Below are positions 6,635-14,095 of a DNA stretch of 37,727 bases, in pieces. This stretch comes from a virus, in the IMG/VR virus record IMGVR_UViG_3300048848_000022, positions 1-37,727 of that record. One strand, given 5' to 3'. The position numbers and the translations under genes were made by a program. Each line of letters starts with the position of its first letter. Position 1 is the stretch's first letter. The notes under the pieces are model-generated. The model was not told where the DNA came from. It did no database searches and was given only the letters and a program-made list of their open reading frames with translations.

Positions 6635-7065
6635 CCCTCCTCCACCCTCAACGCCGCAATCTCCCGCAGCGCCGATTCGCTCAGCCCCTCAACCTTGATC
6701 GAGCCTTGCGACTGGATGGGACCACCCTCTGGGCCGCTCATTTCTGTGACAATCTTGTCTTGCCAGCCGTGGTTGGCTTTCAGGTCGAATATGATGCCCG
6801 TGCAAGCCGGGTTTGCCAGTCGCTGGTGCCTGTCGTCCTCGATCCGAAGCCGCGCCTTTTTAACCGTTAGGGAAAACGGCTCTTCGTAACTCTCGTAGTT
6901 GCTAAAGGATTGCTTGTCTACGAACCCCAGGTGAAGACACAGCCCCGATAGCGTGGGGAGCTTTCCCTTACCCTCAACCTCAGCGAAATACTCCTCTACG
7001 GCCAGTGCAAACACGACTGGATCGGGGTAGGCGCGCGGTCGTCCGGTGGTCTTAGCCTCGCTCAC
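6631..7065 (-). CDS. terS: Terminase small subunit (P22 gp3-like DNA-packaging protein)
   Basis: TTGRPRAYPDP...EEYF...LPTLSGLCLHLGF...SFSNYE...VKKARLRIEDD...GIIFDLKANHGWQDK. GTG start with a GTGA overlap. Confidence 0.7.
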   Translation of the reverse strand: MSEAKTTGRPRAYPDPVVFALAVEEYFAEVEGKGKLPTLSGLCLHLGFVDKQSFSNYESYEEPFSLTVKKARLRIEDDRHQRLANPACTGIIFDLKANHGWQDKIVTEMSGPEGGPIQSQGSIKVEGLSESALREIAALRVEEG

Positions 7066-7373
7066 GCCTCACCCGCCATTCCTGCAACAATCCGTTCAAT
7101 AGGCACGTAGTAGGGACCTTCCCATTCGCCGATCAGGCGGCAACCGATCTTCTTTCGGCCATCAGTCACCACGGCGATGTCCATGCCGTAGAAGTTGCTG
7201 AGCTGATCCTTGTAGCCTGCGTTGCCCAACGCCACGACACCACCAGCACGAAGCTCATCGTATTTCTGGCGAAGGACAGTTCCAGGCTTAGGCTTGCCGT
7301 CGCTGTTGCGAGAGGCCGCGCCCTGCTTTTTGCCCTTCATGGCTGAGATGCTTGTAACCGCCGTCATTTTCAA
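7062..7373 (-). CDS. Hypothetical protein (103 aa; start uncertain, TTG 7373 or ATG 7367)
   Basis: ORF track; GTGA-coupled to terS. Confidence 0.55.
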   Translation of the reverse strand: MKMTAVTSISAMKGKKQGAASRNSDGKPKPGTVLRQKYDELRAGGVVALGNAGYKDQLSNFYGMDIAVVTDGRKKIGCRLIGEWEGPYYVPIERIVAGMAGEA

Positions 7374-7433
7374 ATCTCGTTTTCGACCGCTGGCCTTGCG
7401 CCGTAGCTCTTTGCTCAGGATCGGTTGATGATG

Positions 7434-8258
7434 TTAGCGCGTTTTCTTCTCGGCCTCAAGCCAAGCCTCTTTGGCCTTCGTGGCTTCTGCTAATGCCGCT
7501 TTCCAGCCTTCGATACGTTCTCCGCGTTCTCCAGTGTCTTGGGCCGGACCAGGTCCAACCTTGTAACCGAGACGCGTCGCCCTGTCCTGTATCGCCATGT
7601 AAGCGCCTTCCAACCGTTTGGCCTCCAACTCATCAGCCGAAGGCTCTCGCCAAGCCCTGATCGCGTTCAGCATGGATTCCCGTGGCGATGAGAGGTTACG
7701 GCAAGCCTCCTCAATCTCCGCAGGAGCAGGGAACCACGATCCGTTAGCGCGAGGTTCCATGATGAATCGCCGAACTACCTCCTTGGCGATGTCTGCCGGA
7801 TGCTGCGTCAGGACGTGAACGTAAATATCCAGCGCCATGTCGGCTGAGTCTTGGCTGTTGCTGCGCCGAGCAAGCACGGTATGCATCTGCGCAACCATCA
7901 GCTCGGCATCAGAACGGGAAGTCGAGGTCATGGCCGCTTCGACCTTCCGAAGGGCTGCCGGTAACGACTCCTTCGATAGCCCCTTCAGACCAGTTGCAAC
8001 CGTCACCTGATACGGCTTCCTGCCCTCCGGAAACATCCACTCCTTGCTCTCGCTCACGGCGACGCCTAGCGATGACATCAGCGAATGACGTATCGCCGCG
8101 TCCACTTGATCCGGCGCTTTGCCGCTGAGCCACTCTCGGGCTTTCAGGTTCGTCTGTCCATCGCTCTGCGTTAAGCCACGTTGCGGGGTGCGGGACGAAT
8201 CCGTCGGTCCAGGTTCTCCAACCGCGTTGAGCATGGACTGCGGCGACAAGCGTTGCAT
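7434..8258 (-). CDS. Hypothetical replication-module protein (274 aa)
   Basis: ATG 8258 with GGAG 10 nt upstream. In 8101-8160 I counted GC3 of 13/19 in this frame against 9/20 in the overlapping DUF1376 frame. Confidence 0.6.
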   Translation of the reverse strand: MQRLSPQSMLNAVGEPGPTDSSRTPQRGLTQSDGQTNLKAREWLSGKAPDQVDAAIRHSLMSSLGVAVSESKEWMFPEGRKPYQVTVATGLKGLSKESLPAALRKVEAAMTSTSRSDAELMVAQMHTVLARRSNSQDSADMALDIYVHVLTQHPADIAKEVVRRFIMEPRANGSWFPAPAEIEEACRNLSSPRESMLNAIRAWREPSADELEAKRLEGAYMAIQDRATRLGYKVGPGPAQDTGERGERIEGWKAALAEATKAKEAWLEAEKKTR

Positions 8259-8817
8259 GGTCTGTTTTCTCCAGTGCCTTGGCGTATGCCTTCAGGGCTT
8301 GGGGTTTGGCTTTTTTGTTCGGGTAGGCTTTCCAAAAATCATCGAACAACTCGGTCTTCTTTGGATAAGACGTAGTCTTATCTTTCTTACTATCTGATTC
8401 TGGTTCTGAAGAATGGCATGGCAAATCGCTGGCATTTGCCGCAGCCGCCTTCTTATCTTTCAACGACTTAGCTATCCCACCCTGAGTTCCAGAAACGCTA
8501 CGTTTGATCGACTTTTCTTGCGCTTTTTCGAGTTCAAACATCAGCCTTTTGTGTGTGATTTCCTCACCATCGACTGAAAAGAACCCGACCACTTCAGCTT
8601 TGATTTTCGCCCAGCGGGACGAAGTGCAGCCTGTGATCCTGGCAAGCTTCTTGTCTTCATTCGGCAAGCGCCCGCCAGCCCTCCACATGGTCATGAGGAG
8701 CAAAAGATACGCGCCGTGTTGTTCGGTTGTGAGGTGCCGCGTGTCGCCTAGATAATCAGCGACATAAAGCTGCATGAACGGCTGGCTCACGCTGAAACGT
8801 TTCTTGAAACGTTGCAC
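7909..8817 (-). CDS. DUF1376-type phage replication protein
   Basis: N-terminus YVADYLGDTRHLTTEQHGAYLLLLMTMW (DUF1376). C-terminal FDDFWKAYPNKKAKPQALKAY...PATWLNAERWTDE. The last ~80 codons overlap the next gene out of frame. The start is uncertain (GTG 8817 or ATG 8775). Confidence 0.7.
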   Translation of the reverse strand: MQRFKKRFSVSQPFMQLYVADYLGDTRHLTTEQHGAYLLLLMTMWRAGGRLPNEDKKLARITGCTSSRWAKIKAEVVGFFSVDGEEITHKRLMFELEKAQEKSIKRSVSGTQGGIAKSLKDKKAAAANASDLPCHSSEPESDSKKDKTTSYPKKTELFDDFWKAYPNKKAKPQALKAYAKALEKTDHATLVAAVHAQRGWRTWTDGFVPHPATWLNAERWTDEPESPRVAQRQSAGSSGRGDTSFADVIARRRREREQGVDVSGGQEAVSGDGCNWSEGAIEGVVTGSPSEGRSGHDLDFPF

Positions 8818-8871
8818 GGGTTGCGGTATATCCGCTTGGTCACGTCAGGCTCCTTCAAAGCCGGTGGCAAA

Positions 8872-8917
8872 GGGCGGGGATCGACGCGACTTCCCTGAAG
8901 CGTCTCCCTGCCCGCCC
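8872..8917 (-). terminator. GC-rich nested hairpin with short U-tract between the DnaA_C-like and replication genes (weak terminator or attenuator)
   Basis: Minus strand: GGGCGGG...CCCGCCC outer stem, GACGC...GCGUC inner stem, then UUUGCC. Confidence 0.35.
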
Positions 8918-8928
8918 ATTCTTAGCAC

Positions 8929-9336
8929 CTAAGAAGCCAAAGAACAACGCAAAGAGCGCGGCGGGATACTCCCTGCGTATGGCGTGGGATTCGGAGAGCT
9001 GGACCGCTTCAAAATGATAGGATCAGCAATCCCGGTAAGCCGAAACTTCTCTTTCGCCACACCGTAGAGAACGCCCGTGTGATCCTTGTTCAACATACGG
9101 CCAGCCTCGGTCGATGACTTACCCATGACGTTGACGATGTGCGCCATGAGCATCCAGCGCGCCGAGACAACGGACCGCTTGCGGCTTTCACCCCGCACTT
9201 GCTCCAGAGACACGCCTGTAGGCTCTAGGATAGCCCGTAGAGCCTCATCCGTCCTGAACTTGGGTGTTACCCCTTCTGGACCCAGGAACAGCCAGTCTCG
9301 GCCATTGCTGTCCACCCTGTAGAAATGCCCGCTCAT
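8929..9336 (-). CDS. DnaA domain IV (Bac_DnaA_C)-like DNA-binding protein
   Basis: GESRKRSVVSARWMLMAHIVNVMGKSSTEAGRMLNKDHTGVLYGV resembles the DnaA C-terminal HTH (sR...v.aRqiamyl....S...iG..f.rdHsTVl.a). Confidence 0.6.
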   Translation of the reverse strand: MSGHFYRVDSNGRDWLFLGPEGVTPKFRTDEALRAILEPTGVSLEQVRGESRKRSVVSARWMLMAHIVNVMGKSSTEAGRMLNKDHTGVLYGVAKEKFRLTGIADPIILKRSSSPNPTPYAGSIPPRSLRCSLAS

Positions 9337-9704
9337 TTGGTTCTCCTCGGCACTACGCTGCCGTCAAATCGTTTTGTGAGATTGGTCTGAAAGCCGCGAG
9401 ACTGCATCCGCGATGGCTTGCGGGTTAACGGGTCCGCTTTCTTTTCGAGGCGCTTGGCCTTGGCGATTGAACTAACGTCTGCTTTCGTTTTTGCCTTGTG
9501 CGGATCGCAGAGGGCTAGGCGAAGGTTGTCATCGTCATTCGTGCCGCCGAGCGCGAGGGGGATTACGTGCTCTACGTCCCACGCATCCCCCGGCACGATC
9601 TTGGCCCCGCTCAGATAGCAAATGCCGTCATACAGGGCGAATAGCCTAGCGCGCTCCTTCTTGGAGAAGGTCTTGCGCTTATGGATTTCGACAGGATCAC
9701 GCAC
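9333..9704 (-). CDS. HNH endonuclease
   Basis: CYLSG...WDVEHVIPLALGGTNDDDNLRLALCDPHKAKT (HNH/His-Me finger). Confidence 0.8.
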   Translation of the reverse strand: MRDPVEIHKRKTFSKKERARLFALYDGICYLSGAKIVPGDAWDVEHVIPLALGGTNDDDNLRLALCDPHKAKTKADVSSIAKAKRLEKKADPLTRKPSRMQSRGFQTNLTKRFDGSVVPRRTK

Positions 9705-9927
9705 GCTTACCGTTGTGCGCCATTTCGATCTCCAGCCGACGAGCCGTGTTCTTGGCTAGTGCTTCGATCAGGTGCGAAGATTTTTTCTTCTGGCGTTTGG
9801 CTGCGTCAATCTCGACATACAGCGCCTCGCGTTCCCAGCACAGATTGAACAGTTCGTCGTTCCATGTTTGGTCGATGGAAGGCTCAGAAACTTTTTTCTT
9901 TCCGAAGAAATCTGCAAACCACTTCAT
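9697..9927 (-). CDS. Hypothetical protein (76 aa)
   Basis: ORF track; ATGA overlap with the Cro-like gene. Confidence 0.55.
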   Translation of the reverse strand: MKWFADFFGKKKVSEPSIDQTWNDELFNLCWEREALYVEIDAAKRQKKKSSHLIEALAKNTARRLEIEMAHNGKRA

Positions 9928-10124
9928 TTGATTCTCTCGTATTTGATGGTTGTGACGATATGCTTGCGAACGCCGACCAACTCACACATTCGAGCGGTAG
10001 GGGCGCGGCCTCCGAGGACATCGCAGAGAACGGTTTTGTTTACCCCGTTCTGCCGAGCCCATTCCGTCTGCGATAGATTGCCGATGGATCGCACCAGTGC
10101 TTTACGAACTTGATCTTCTGTCAT
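9924..10124 (-). CDS. Small Cro-like HTH regulator (66 aa)
   Basis: ATG 10124 preceded by AGGAGG. LSQTEWARQNGVNKTVLCDVLGGRAP is HTH-like. It is the first gene of the leftward operon at a divergent intergenic region. The track ORF's 61-aa N-terminal extension is rejected. Confidence 0.6.
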   Translation of the reverse strand: MTEDQVRKALVRSIGNLSQTEWARQNGVNKTVLCDVLGGRAPTARMCELVGVRKHIVTTIKYERIK

Positions 10125-10241
10125 TGAACCTCCTGAACTTTCGCCACAGTGAACAAACTTTCTTTGCGGGTCAAGCCGAAGTTTGAGCTTGCGTGGTTTG
10201 TTTTGTCGTGCGTATATAGGGGAAGAAAGAGGAGAATAATT
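10125..10241. promoter_or_regulatory. Divergent early control region (candidate promoters and operators)
   Basis: Plus strand: TTGCGT (10189-10194)-N18-TATATA (10213-10218), then AGAGGAG and ATG 10242. Minus strand: CTTGACCC (-35 at 10169-10174) with a poor -10. Inverted repeats CAAACTT (10154-10160)/AAGTTTG (10179-10185) and AACAAAC (10152-10158)/GTTTGTT (10196-10202). Confidence 0.45.
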
Positions 10242-10967
10242 ATGACACACGGAAAGAGCGTCGTCGTGCCGTTGTCTGGCGCACCCTACGGCGACGACTT
10301 CCTGCAAGCCATCAACGGCTTTGCAACCGGAGGATCTACGCGCTGCCGTGACGCCATTGAGGAAGCGGGGGCGTCGGTCGCCTTCGGCGCGCTGTCGGGG
10401 GGAGACTATACGATGGTGCTGGCAGAAAAGCAGCCTTTCGAAGCCTTCCCGGCGCTAGCGCAGCATATCGAGCGCATGGCCGTTGGAGGATCTGTCGGGT
10501 CGCTGATCGAGTGGGACGCCTTCCTGCGCGAACTGAACGCCGCCATCGCAGCCGCCCCCGCCCCGTCATCGCTGGCGGGTGGTTCGTTCGGACGGGACCA
10601 AAGCACACTGGCCGACCTGACGCGGACGCTGGAAATGTGCGAGCGCGGAGAGGGTCACAACCCTGAAATGGTCTCGGTCCACGTCTCCACCTTCCGCGAC
10701 CTTCTCGCCGCCCTATCCCCGGAAGCCCCAGCCGAGGGGGCGGGGGAGCTTCTGCCCTGTCCGTTCTGCGGCGAGGATACGGCCAATGCTTATGTATTCG
10801 CCCGCCCCGGCGTCACTGCTTGCGGTGAAAGAGGCAAATGGCACGGGATAAAGTGTCATCACTGCGGAGCGGAAGGCGCCACATCGAACAATGCAGAGAA
10901 GACGGCCCAGATGTGGAACCGACGCGCCCGTTCGTCTGCGCCGGAAGCCCGCGATGCAGCCAATTAA
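10242..10967 (+). CDS. Multi-segment protein with C-terminal Lar-like zinc ribbon; carries linker repeats A, B, C
   Basis: ATG 10242 after AGAGGAG. LLPCPFCGEDT...IKCHHCGAEG...AQMWNRR is Lar-like. The segments are separated by APAPSSLAGG, LSPEAPAEGAGE and RARSSAPEAR. Confidence 0.65.
   Translation: MTHGKSVVVPLSGAPYGDDFLQAINGFATGGSTRCRDAIEEAGASVAFGALSGGDYTMVLAEKQPFEAFPALAQHIERMAVGGSVGSLIEWDAFLRELNAAIAAAPAPSSLAGGSFGRDQSTLADLTRTLEMCERGEGHNPEMVSVHVSTFRDLLAALSPEAPAEGAGELLPCPFCGEDTANAYVFARPGVTACGERGKWHGIKCHHCGAEGATSNNAEKTAQMWNRRARSSAPEARDAAN
10551..10581 (+). repeat. Linker repeat A, copy 1 (31 nt, identical to 17284..17314)
   Basis: ccgcccccgccccgtcatcgctggcgggtgg; encodes (A)PAPSSLAGG; internal CCCGCC/GGCGGG hairpin potential. 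Confidence 0.9.
10705..10749 (+). repeat. Linker repeat B, composite copy 1 (10705-10732 = 17461-17488; 10722-10749 = 17705-17732)
   Basis: tcgccgccctatccccggaagccccagccgagggggcgggggagc; encodes AALSPEAPAEGAGE. Confidence 0.9.
10923..10953 (+). repeat. Linker repeat C, copy 1 (31 nt, identical to 17868..17898)
   Basis: cgcgcccgttcgtctgcgccggaagcccgcg; encodes RARSSAPEAR. Confidence 0.9.
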
Positions 10968-11163
10968 ATCAGACGGACGCATAGCCATCGCGATTGATGG
11001 CGTTCCGATGCGTGACGAGGGCGGATACTACTGGCCTATGTCCGATATTGGCGCATGGGCGTGGGAACGTATCTTTCGCGATCAAGGCCATACGAAATGG
11101 GCTGACGAGGTAGCAGCGGCAGTTGCCGAGGCTAAGAAACAGAGAGGAGAAGACGATGAGTGA
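10954..11163 (+). CDS. Hypothetical protein (69 aa, MQPIKSDGRIAIAIDG...)
   Basis: Internal ATG of ORF 10891..11163; the sequence upstream of it is out-of-frame overlap with the previous gene. Confidence 0.55.
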   Translation: MQPIKSDGRIAIAIDGVPMRDEGGYYWPMSDIGAWAWERIFRDQGHTKWADEVAAAVAEAKKQRGEDDE

Positions 11164-11884
11164 TAAGATTGATGGATCGCCAAACATGGCGACGTGGGAA
11201 GCGCTTTGCGTTACGGACCCGGCCCACACAAAGGGCTTCAAGCGGGCCGGGGGCTTCTCAGGGACGGCGGTTAAGCCGCAATGGGTGGTGCGCCGCCTTA
11301 CGGAACATTTTGGCGCTGTTGGCGTCGGCTGGGGCATGGGTGAGCCGTCGTTCCAGATCGTTCCGACAGGACAGGAAGTCCTTGTCTTCTGCAAAGTCAG
11401 CGCGTGGCACACTGATGAGACTAACGTGTTCTGGGGCGTCGGCGGCGATAAGGTGGCTGTGCAGCGTCAGTCTGGTATGTTCACCGACGACGAGGCCTTC
11501 AAGAAGGCATACACCGACGCCGTCATGAACGCCTTCAAGTTCCTGGGTGTGGCCGCTGACGTTCATATGGGTCTGTTTGACGACAACAAGTATGTGGCGG
11601 AGGCTAAGGAGGCCTTTGCCCAGCCCAAGAATCCCACCGTTTCTGTCCAGCCTGAGGGTTTGGACTGGTACGGGGCTTCTGGAACCGGAATGTCGGCCTA
11701 CGCGGCCAAGCAGAAGAAGCTTGATGTCGTTCATGACCAGTGGCGGCAGGAGATTGCTTCTATTCCCACAACGGAAGCATTGCAGGTATGGGCCAGAAAC
11801 CATGATGAAGAAATCAAGGCCCTCCCTTGGTCTTGGCGCGTGGAGATTCGCGAAGAGTGGGACGCACGAAAGGCAGAGCTATGA
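11156..11884 (+). CDS. Single-strand annealing protein, Rad52/Sak-like
   Basis: ATG 11156 after AGAGAGGAGAAG. VKPQWVVRRLTEHFGAVGVGWG...DEAFKKAYTDAVMNAFKFLGVAADVHMGLFDDNKY is typical of Rad52-fold phage recombinases. Confidence 0.65.
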   Translation: MSDKIDGSPNMATWEALCVTDPAHTKGFKRAGGFSGTAVKPQWVVRRLTEHFGAVGVGWGMGEPSFQIVPTGQEVLVFCKVSAWHTDETNVFWGVGGDKVAVQRQSGMFTDDEAFKKAYTDAVMNAFKFLGVAADVHMGLFDDNKYVAEAKEAFAQPKNPTVSVQPEGLDWYGASGTGMSAYAAKQKKLDVVHDQWRQEIASIPTTEALQVWARNHDEEIKALPWSWRVEIREEWDARKAEL

Positions 11885-12165
11885 GCGGCCATACAAAAGG
11901 GCCTTGGTTCCTTGAGGGTGAGGGTGACTTCCGCGAAATCAGCGCGCCTGAACATCAGGCACTCGCCCGCGTCGTCTGGCAGATGGAAGACGACCGTATT
12001 TGCGGAGAAAGCTCACCGACACAGGAAGCCAACGCCCGCCTGATAGTCGCCTCTCCCGATATGCTGCACGCCCTCCGCCTAGTTCGCGCTTCGACAGAAT
12101 GGGCCTGTATGGAATCCTCAACGCAAGACGCTGTTTTGGCAGCAATTAACAAGGCAGAGCTATGA
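11881..12165 (+). CDS. Hypothetical protein, 'GPW...ANARLIxAxPDMLxAL' family (paralog of 4197..4529)
   Basis: MSGHTKGPWF...EANARLIVASPDMLHAL; ATGA overlap with the recombinase stop. Confidence 0.6.
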   Translation: MSGHTKGPWFLEGEGDFREISAPEHQALARVVWQMEDDRICGESSPTQEANARLIVASPDMLHALRLVRASTEWACMESSTQDAVLAAINKAEL

Positions 12166-12401
12166 CCGACAGCATTCCTAACAACCAGCTCAAGTCCATC
12201 GTTGACCGCCTGGAGCGCATCAACGAGGAAAAGGCCGCAGCTCGCGACGACTATAATGAGGTGTTAGCTGAGGCCAAGGCTAATGGATGGGATCAAGGGG
12301 CGTTACGACGACTGATCCGCCGCCGAGCCAAGGACCCGTCAAAGCGTGAGAATGAAGACGCGCTAGACGCACTTTATCAGTCGTCTGTTGGCGATCTGTG
12401 A
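12162..12401 (+). CDS. gapR: DUF2312 / GapR-like nucleoid-associated protein
   Basis: NNQLKSIVDRLERINEEKAAARDDYNEVLAEAKANGWDQGALRRLIRRRAKDP matches the UPF0335/GapR pattern (QLrsfieRIErLEeEK...EAK..GfD.kalR). Confidence 0.75.
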   Translation: MTDSIPNNQLKSIVDRLERINEEKAAARDDYNEVLAEAKANGWDQGALRRLIRRRAKDPSKRENEDALDALYQSSVGDL

Positions 12402-12457
12402 TACACTGAACGTGCGTTAAATGGCCCTTATGGGCGGACAGATAGGAAGGCTGACAG

Positions 12458-12802
12458 ATGGCATACGAAAAGAAGAATGGCGACCTTGCTGTGTTCAAGA
12501 ATGACCGCAAGGAAAAGGACAGCCACCCCGACTACACGATCTCTGGGCTTGGCCTCGATGGCTTTCCGATCAAGGGGGCGCTGTGGCTCAAGGAAGACCG
12601 CAACGGCAAGAAGTTCATGGCCGGTAAGATCGAAATTGATCAATACCTGATCGACAAAAACCCTGATCAATTTCGTAGCTCGGGTACTCGATCTGTGGCC
12701 GGGGGCGGTGGCGGTGGAGATTATCAGGAATCGGGCGGGCGCGATCTGCGCGAGAAGGCCTATAACATTCTAGATGATGATCTACCGTTCCTGATCTGGT
12801 AG
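12458..12802 (+). CDS. Putative ssDNA-binding protein: DUF736-like body + Gly-rich linker + SSB-type acidic tip
   Basis: GGAAGG 7 nt upstream of the ATG. ...HPDYTISG...GALWLKEDRNGKKFMAGKIE resembles DUF736. The C-terminus reads GGGGGGDYQESGG...DDDLPFLIW (compare the SSB tip DDDIPF). It sits between the SSAP and NinB genes. Confidence 0.5.
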   Translation: MAYEKKNGDLAVFKNDRKEKDSHPDYTISGLGLDGFPIKGALWLKEDRNGKKFMAGKIEIDQYLIDKNPDQFRSSGTRSVAGGGGGGDYQESGGRDLREKAYNILDDDLPFLIW

Positions 12803-12808
12803 CCAGCC

Positions 12809-13207
12809 GTGACCGACCAGATAACTCTAGCCCTGACTTCTTCGGATGTCAGGGCGAAAGCCGTTAAATGGTGTCAGGGATGCTCTGACGGCACGCGGGT
12901 TACGTTTGAGGGGCCTAAGCGGTCCTTAGACCAGAATGCGGCTATGCACGCGGCTCTAGCCGACATTGCCAAGCAGAAAGACTATCACGGGATTAAGCTA
13001 TCAACGGACGATTGGAAGTTGGTGTTCCTTGACGCGCTGATACGTGAGGTGCGCGTCGTGCCGAACCTGGCTGGTAATGGCTTTGTTAGCCTTGGCCGGT
13101 CGTCCTCACGCCTTAGCAAGCAGGAGTTTAGCGATCTGCTGGATCTGATCTATGCGTGGGGCGCTCAACATGGCGTCGAGTTCCGCGATCCTAGGCCGCC
13201 TCAATAA
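12809..13207 (+). CDS. ninB: NinB/Orf recombination mediator
   Basis: KRSLDQNAAMHA...DDWKLVFLDAL...VVPNLAGNGFVSLGRSSSRLSKQEFSDLLDLIYAWGAQHGV is near-collinear with lambda Orf (RSLDQN...VVPNLAGNGFVVIGQSTSRM). GTG start. Confidence 0.9.
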   Translation: MTDQITLALTSSDVRAKAVKWCQGCSDGTRVTFEGPKRSLDQNAAMHAALADIAKQKDYHGIKLSTDDWKLVFLDALIREVRVVPNLAGNGFVSLGRSSSRLSKQEFSDLLDLIYAWGAQHGVEFRDPRPPQ

Positions 13208-13547
13208 CGATGTGGACGCACGCACCAGGGCCGCTAGGACGACCTGACCACCGAGCCACTATCTCCATGCATTCGCTGTCGTCCCTGACCACGCCACAGG
13301 CTACTAGCGCATCCTCAGGCCCCTTGATGTAGTTCGACAGGTCGCGTTCTGCTTTTGACGGGCGGTCAAACGAAAGCGACATACGATAAGGACCGAGAAT
13401 CGCTTCCCGGCCCTCCATGTATTTTTTTATTTCTGGCTCTGCGATCTTGCGCCACTTTCGGTAAGCGGCCCCCATGATCTTCCGGCCCCGCACAACCGTG
13501 AACATATGATTCCCAGTCGGGGGCATAGGGAGTGAAAGCTTAATCAC
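13191..13547 (-). CDS. rusA: RusA-type Holliday-junction resolvase
   Basis: GTG 13547 after GGAGGAGG. LSLPMPPTGNHMF...AERDLSNYIKGPEDALVACGVVRDDSE matches RusA (LP.PPS.N...RRDLDN..Ka..DAL...DD). Its 3' end overlaps ninB tail-to-tail by 17 nt. Confidence 0.8.
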   Translation of the reverse strand: MIKLSLPMPPTGNHMFTVVRGRKIMGAAYRKWRKIAEPEIKKYMEGREAILGPYRMSLSFDRPSKAERDLSNYIKGPEDALVACGVVRDDSECMEIVARWSGRPSGPGACVHIVIEAA

Positions 13548-13690
13548 TTCCTCCTCCAAAGCCCGCACGACAGCGACATTCCAGCCCGCCTGACGTTCTT
13601 CGCCAGAACTCCAGCCTGCTTGAATACGTCGTTGTGGATGCGCCCTGGTGTCGTTTCGATGATGCGCTTGGCGCGTTCTAGCTGAGTCAT
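13544..13690 (-). CDS. Small hypothetical protein (48 aa, MTQLERAKRIIETTPGRIHNDVFKQAG...)
   Basis: Hand-translated; ATGA overlap upstream and GTGA overlap with the rusA start. It replaces the implausible R/H-rich N-terminal extension of track ORF 13191..13718. Confidence 0.55.
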   Translation of the reverse strand: MTQLERAKRIIETTPGRIHNDVFKQAGVLAKNVRRAGMSLSCGLWRRK

Positions 13691-13923
13691 GCAACCCTCC
13701 AAACACGAACGCCGCCATCCATAGATCGGGAAATGAAACTGTAGTTATCAGCGTACGAGACTTTCATGTAGGCGTTTGCCAGCCTCATTCGGTCTATGCT
13801 GCGCGTAAACAATGACTCTCCAACCGACATTTTAGAGAATGCAGCGCGCAGTTCTCCATTCGGCGATGTGGCGCGGTCAACGACTGGGATCATATGTCCG
13901 CGCTCGATTACCCACTCAGTCAT
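13687..13923 (-). CDS. Hypothetical protein (78 aa from MTEWVIERGH...)
   Basis: ATG 13923 overlaps the stop of the upstream ORF. Confidence 0.55.
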   Translation of the reverse strand: MTEWVIERGHMIPVVDRATSPNGELRAAFSKMSVGESLFTRSIDRMRLANAYMKVSYADNYSFISRSMDGGVRVWRVA

Positions 13924-14095
13924 CGAACGCCTCAATCACACCAGCTTCCGTAGCCGCGTCGATCCCCATCGAGAAGCCGCCTTGGCATCTAGGCGCAAAC
14001 TCAAATGCTCCGAAAACAAGCTTTCCGTCAAGGTGGATCGCTCTCGTACCGGCAGGAATGACGATGTCCCGCGTTGTCTTATACTCGCTCAGCAC
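13916..14095 (-). CDS. Hypothetical protein (59 aa from GTG; VLSEYKTTRDIV...)
   Basis: AAGGAG 8 nt upstream of GTG 14095. ATG 14152 of the track ORF lacks an SD and lies inside the GcrA-like gene. Confidence 0.45.
   Translation of the reverse strand: MLSEYKTTRDIVIPAGTRAIHLDGKLVFGAFEFAPRCQGGFSMGIDAATEAGVIEAFDD

Noticed and set aside
10125-10307. Long N-terminal extensions of the Cro-like ORF (to 10307) and of ORF 10149..10967
   Set aside because: The two extensions overlap each other across the divergent control region. Internal ATGs at 10124 and 10242 have strong SDs (AGGAGG, AGAGGAG).
13548-13718. N-terminal 57-aa extension of the RusA ORF (track ORF 13191..13718)
   Set aside because: The extension is R/H/Q-rich and not protein-like. 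GTG 13547 has a GGAGGAGG SD and gives a normal 118-aa RusA. A coupled 48-aa ORF in another frame explains the interval.
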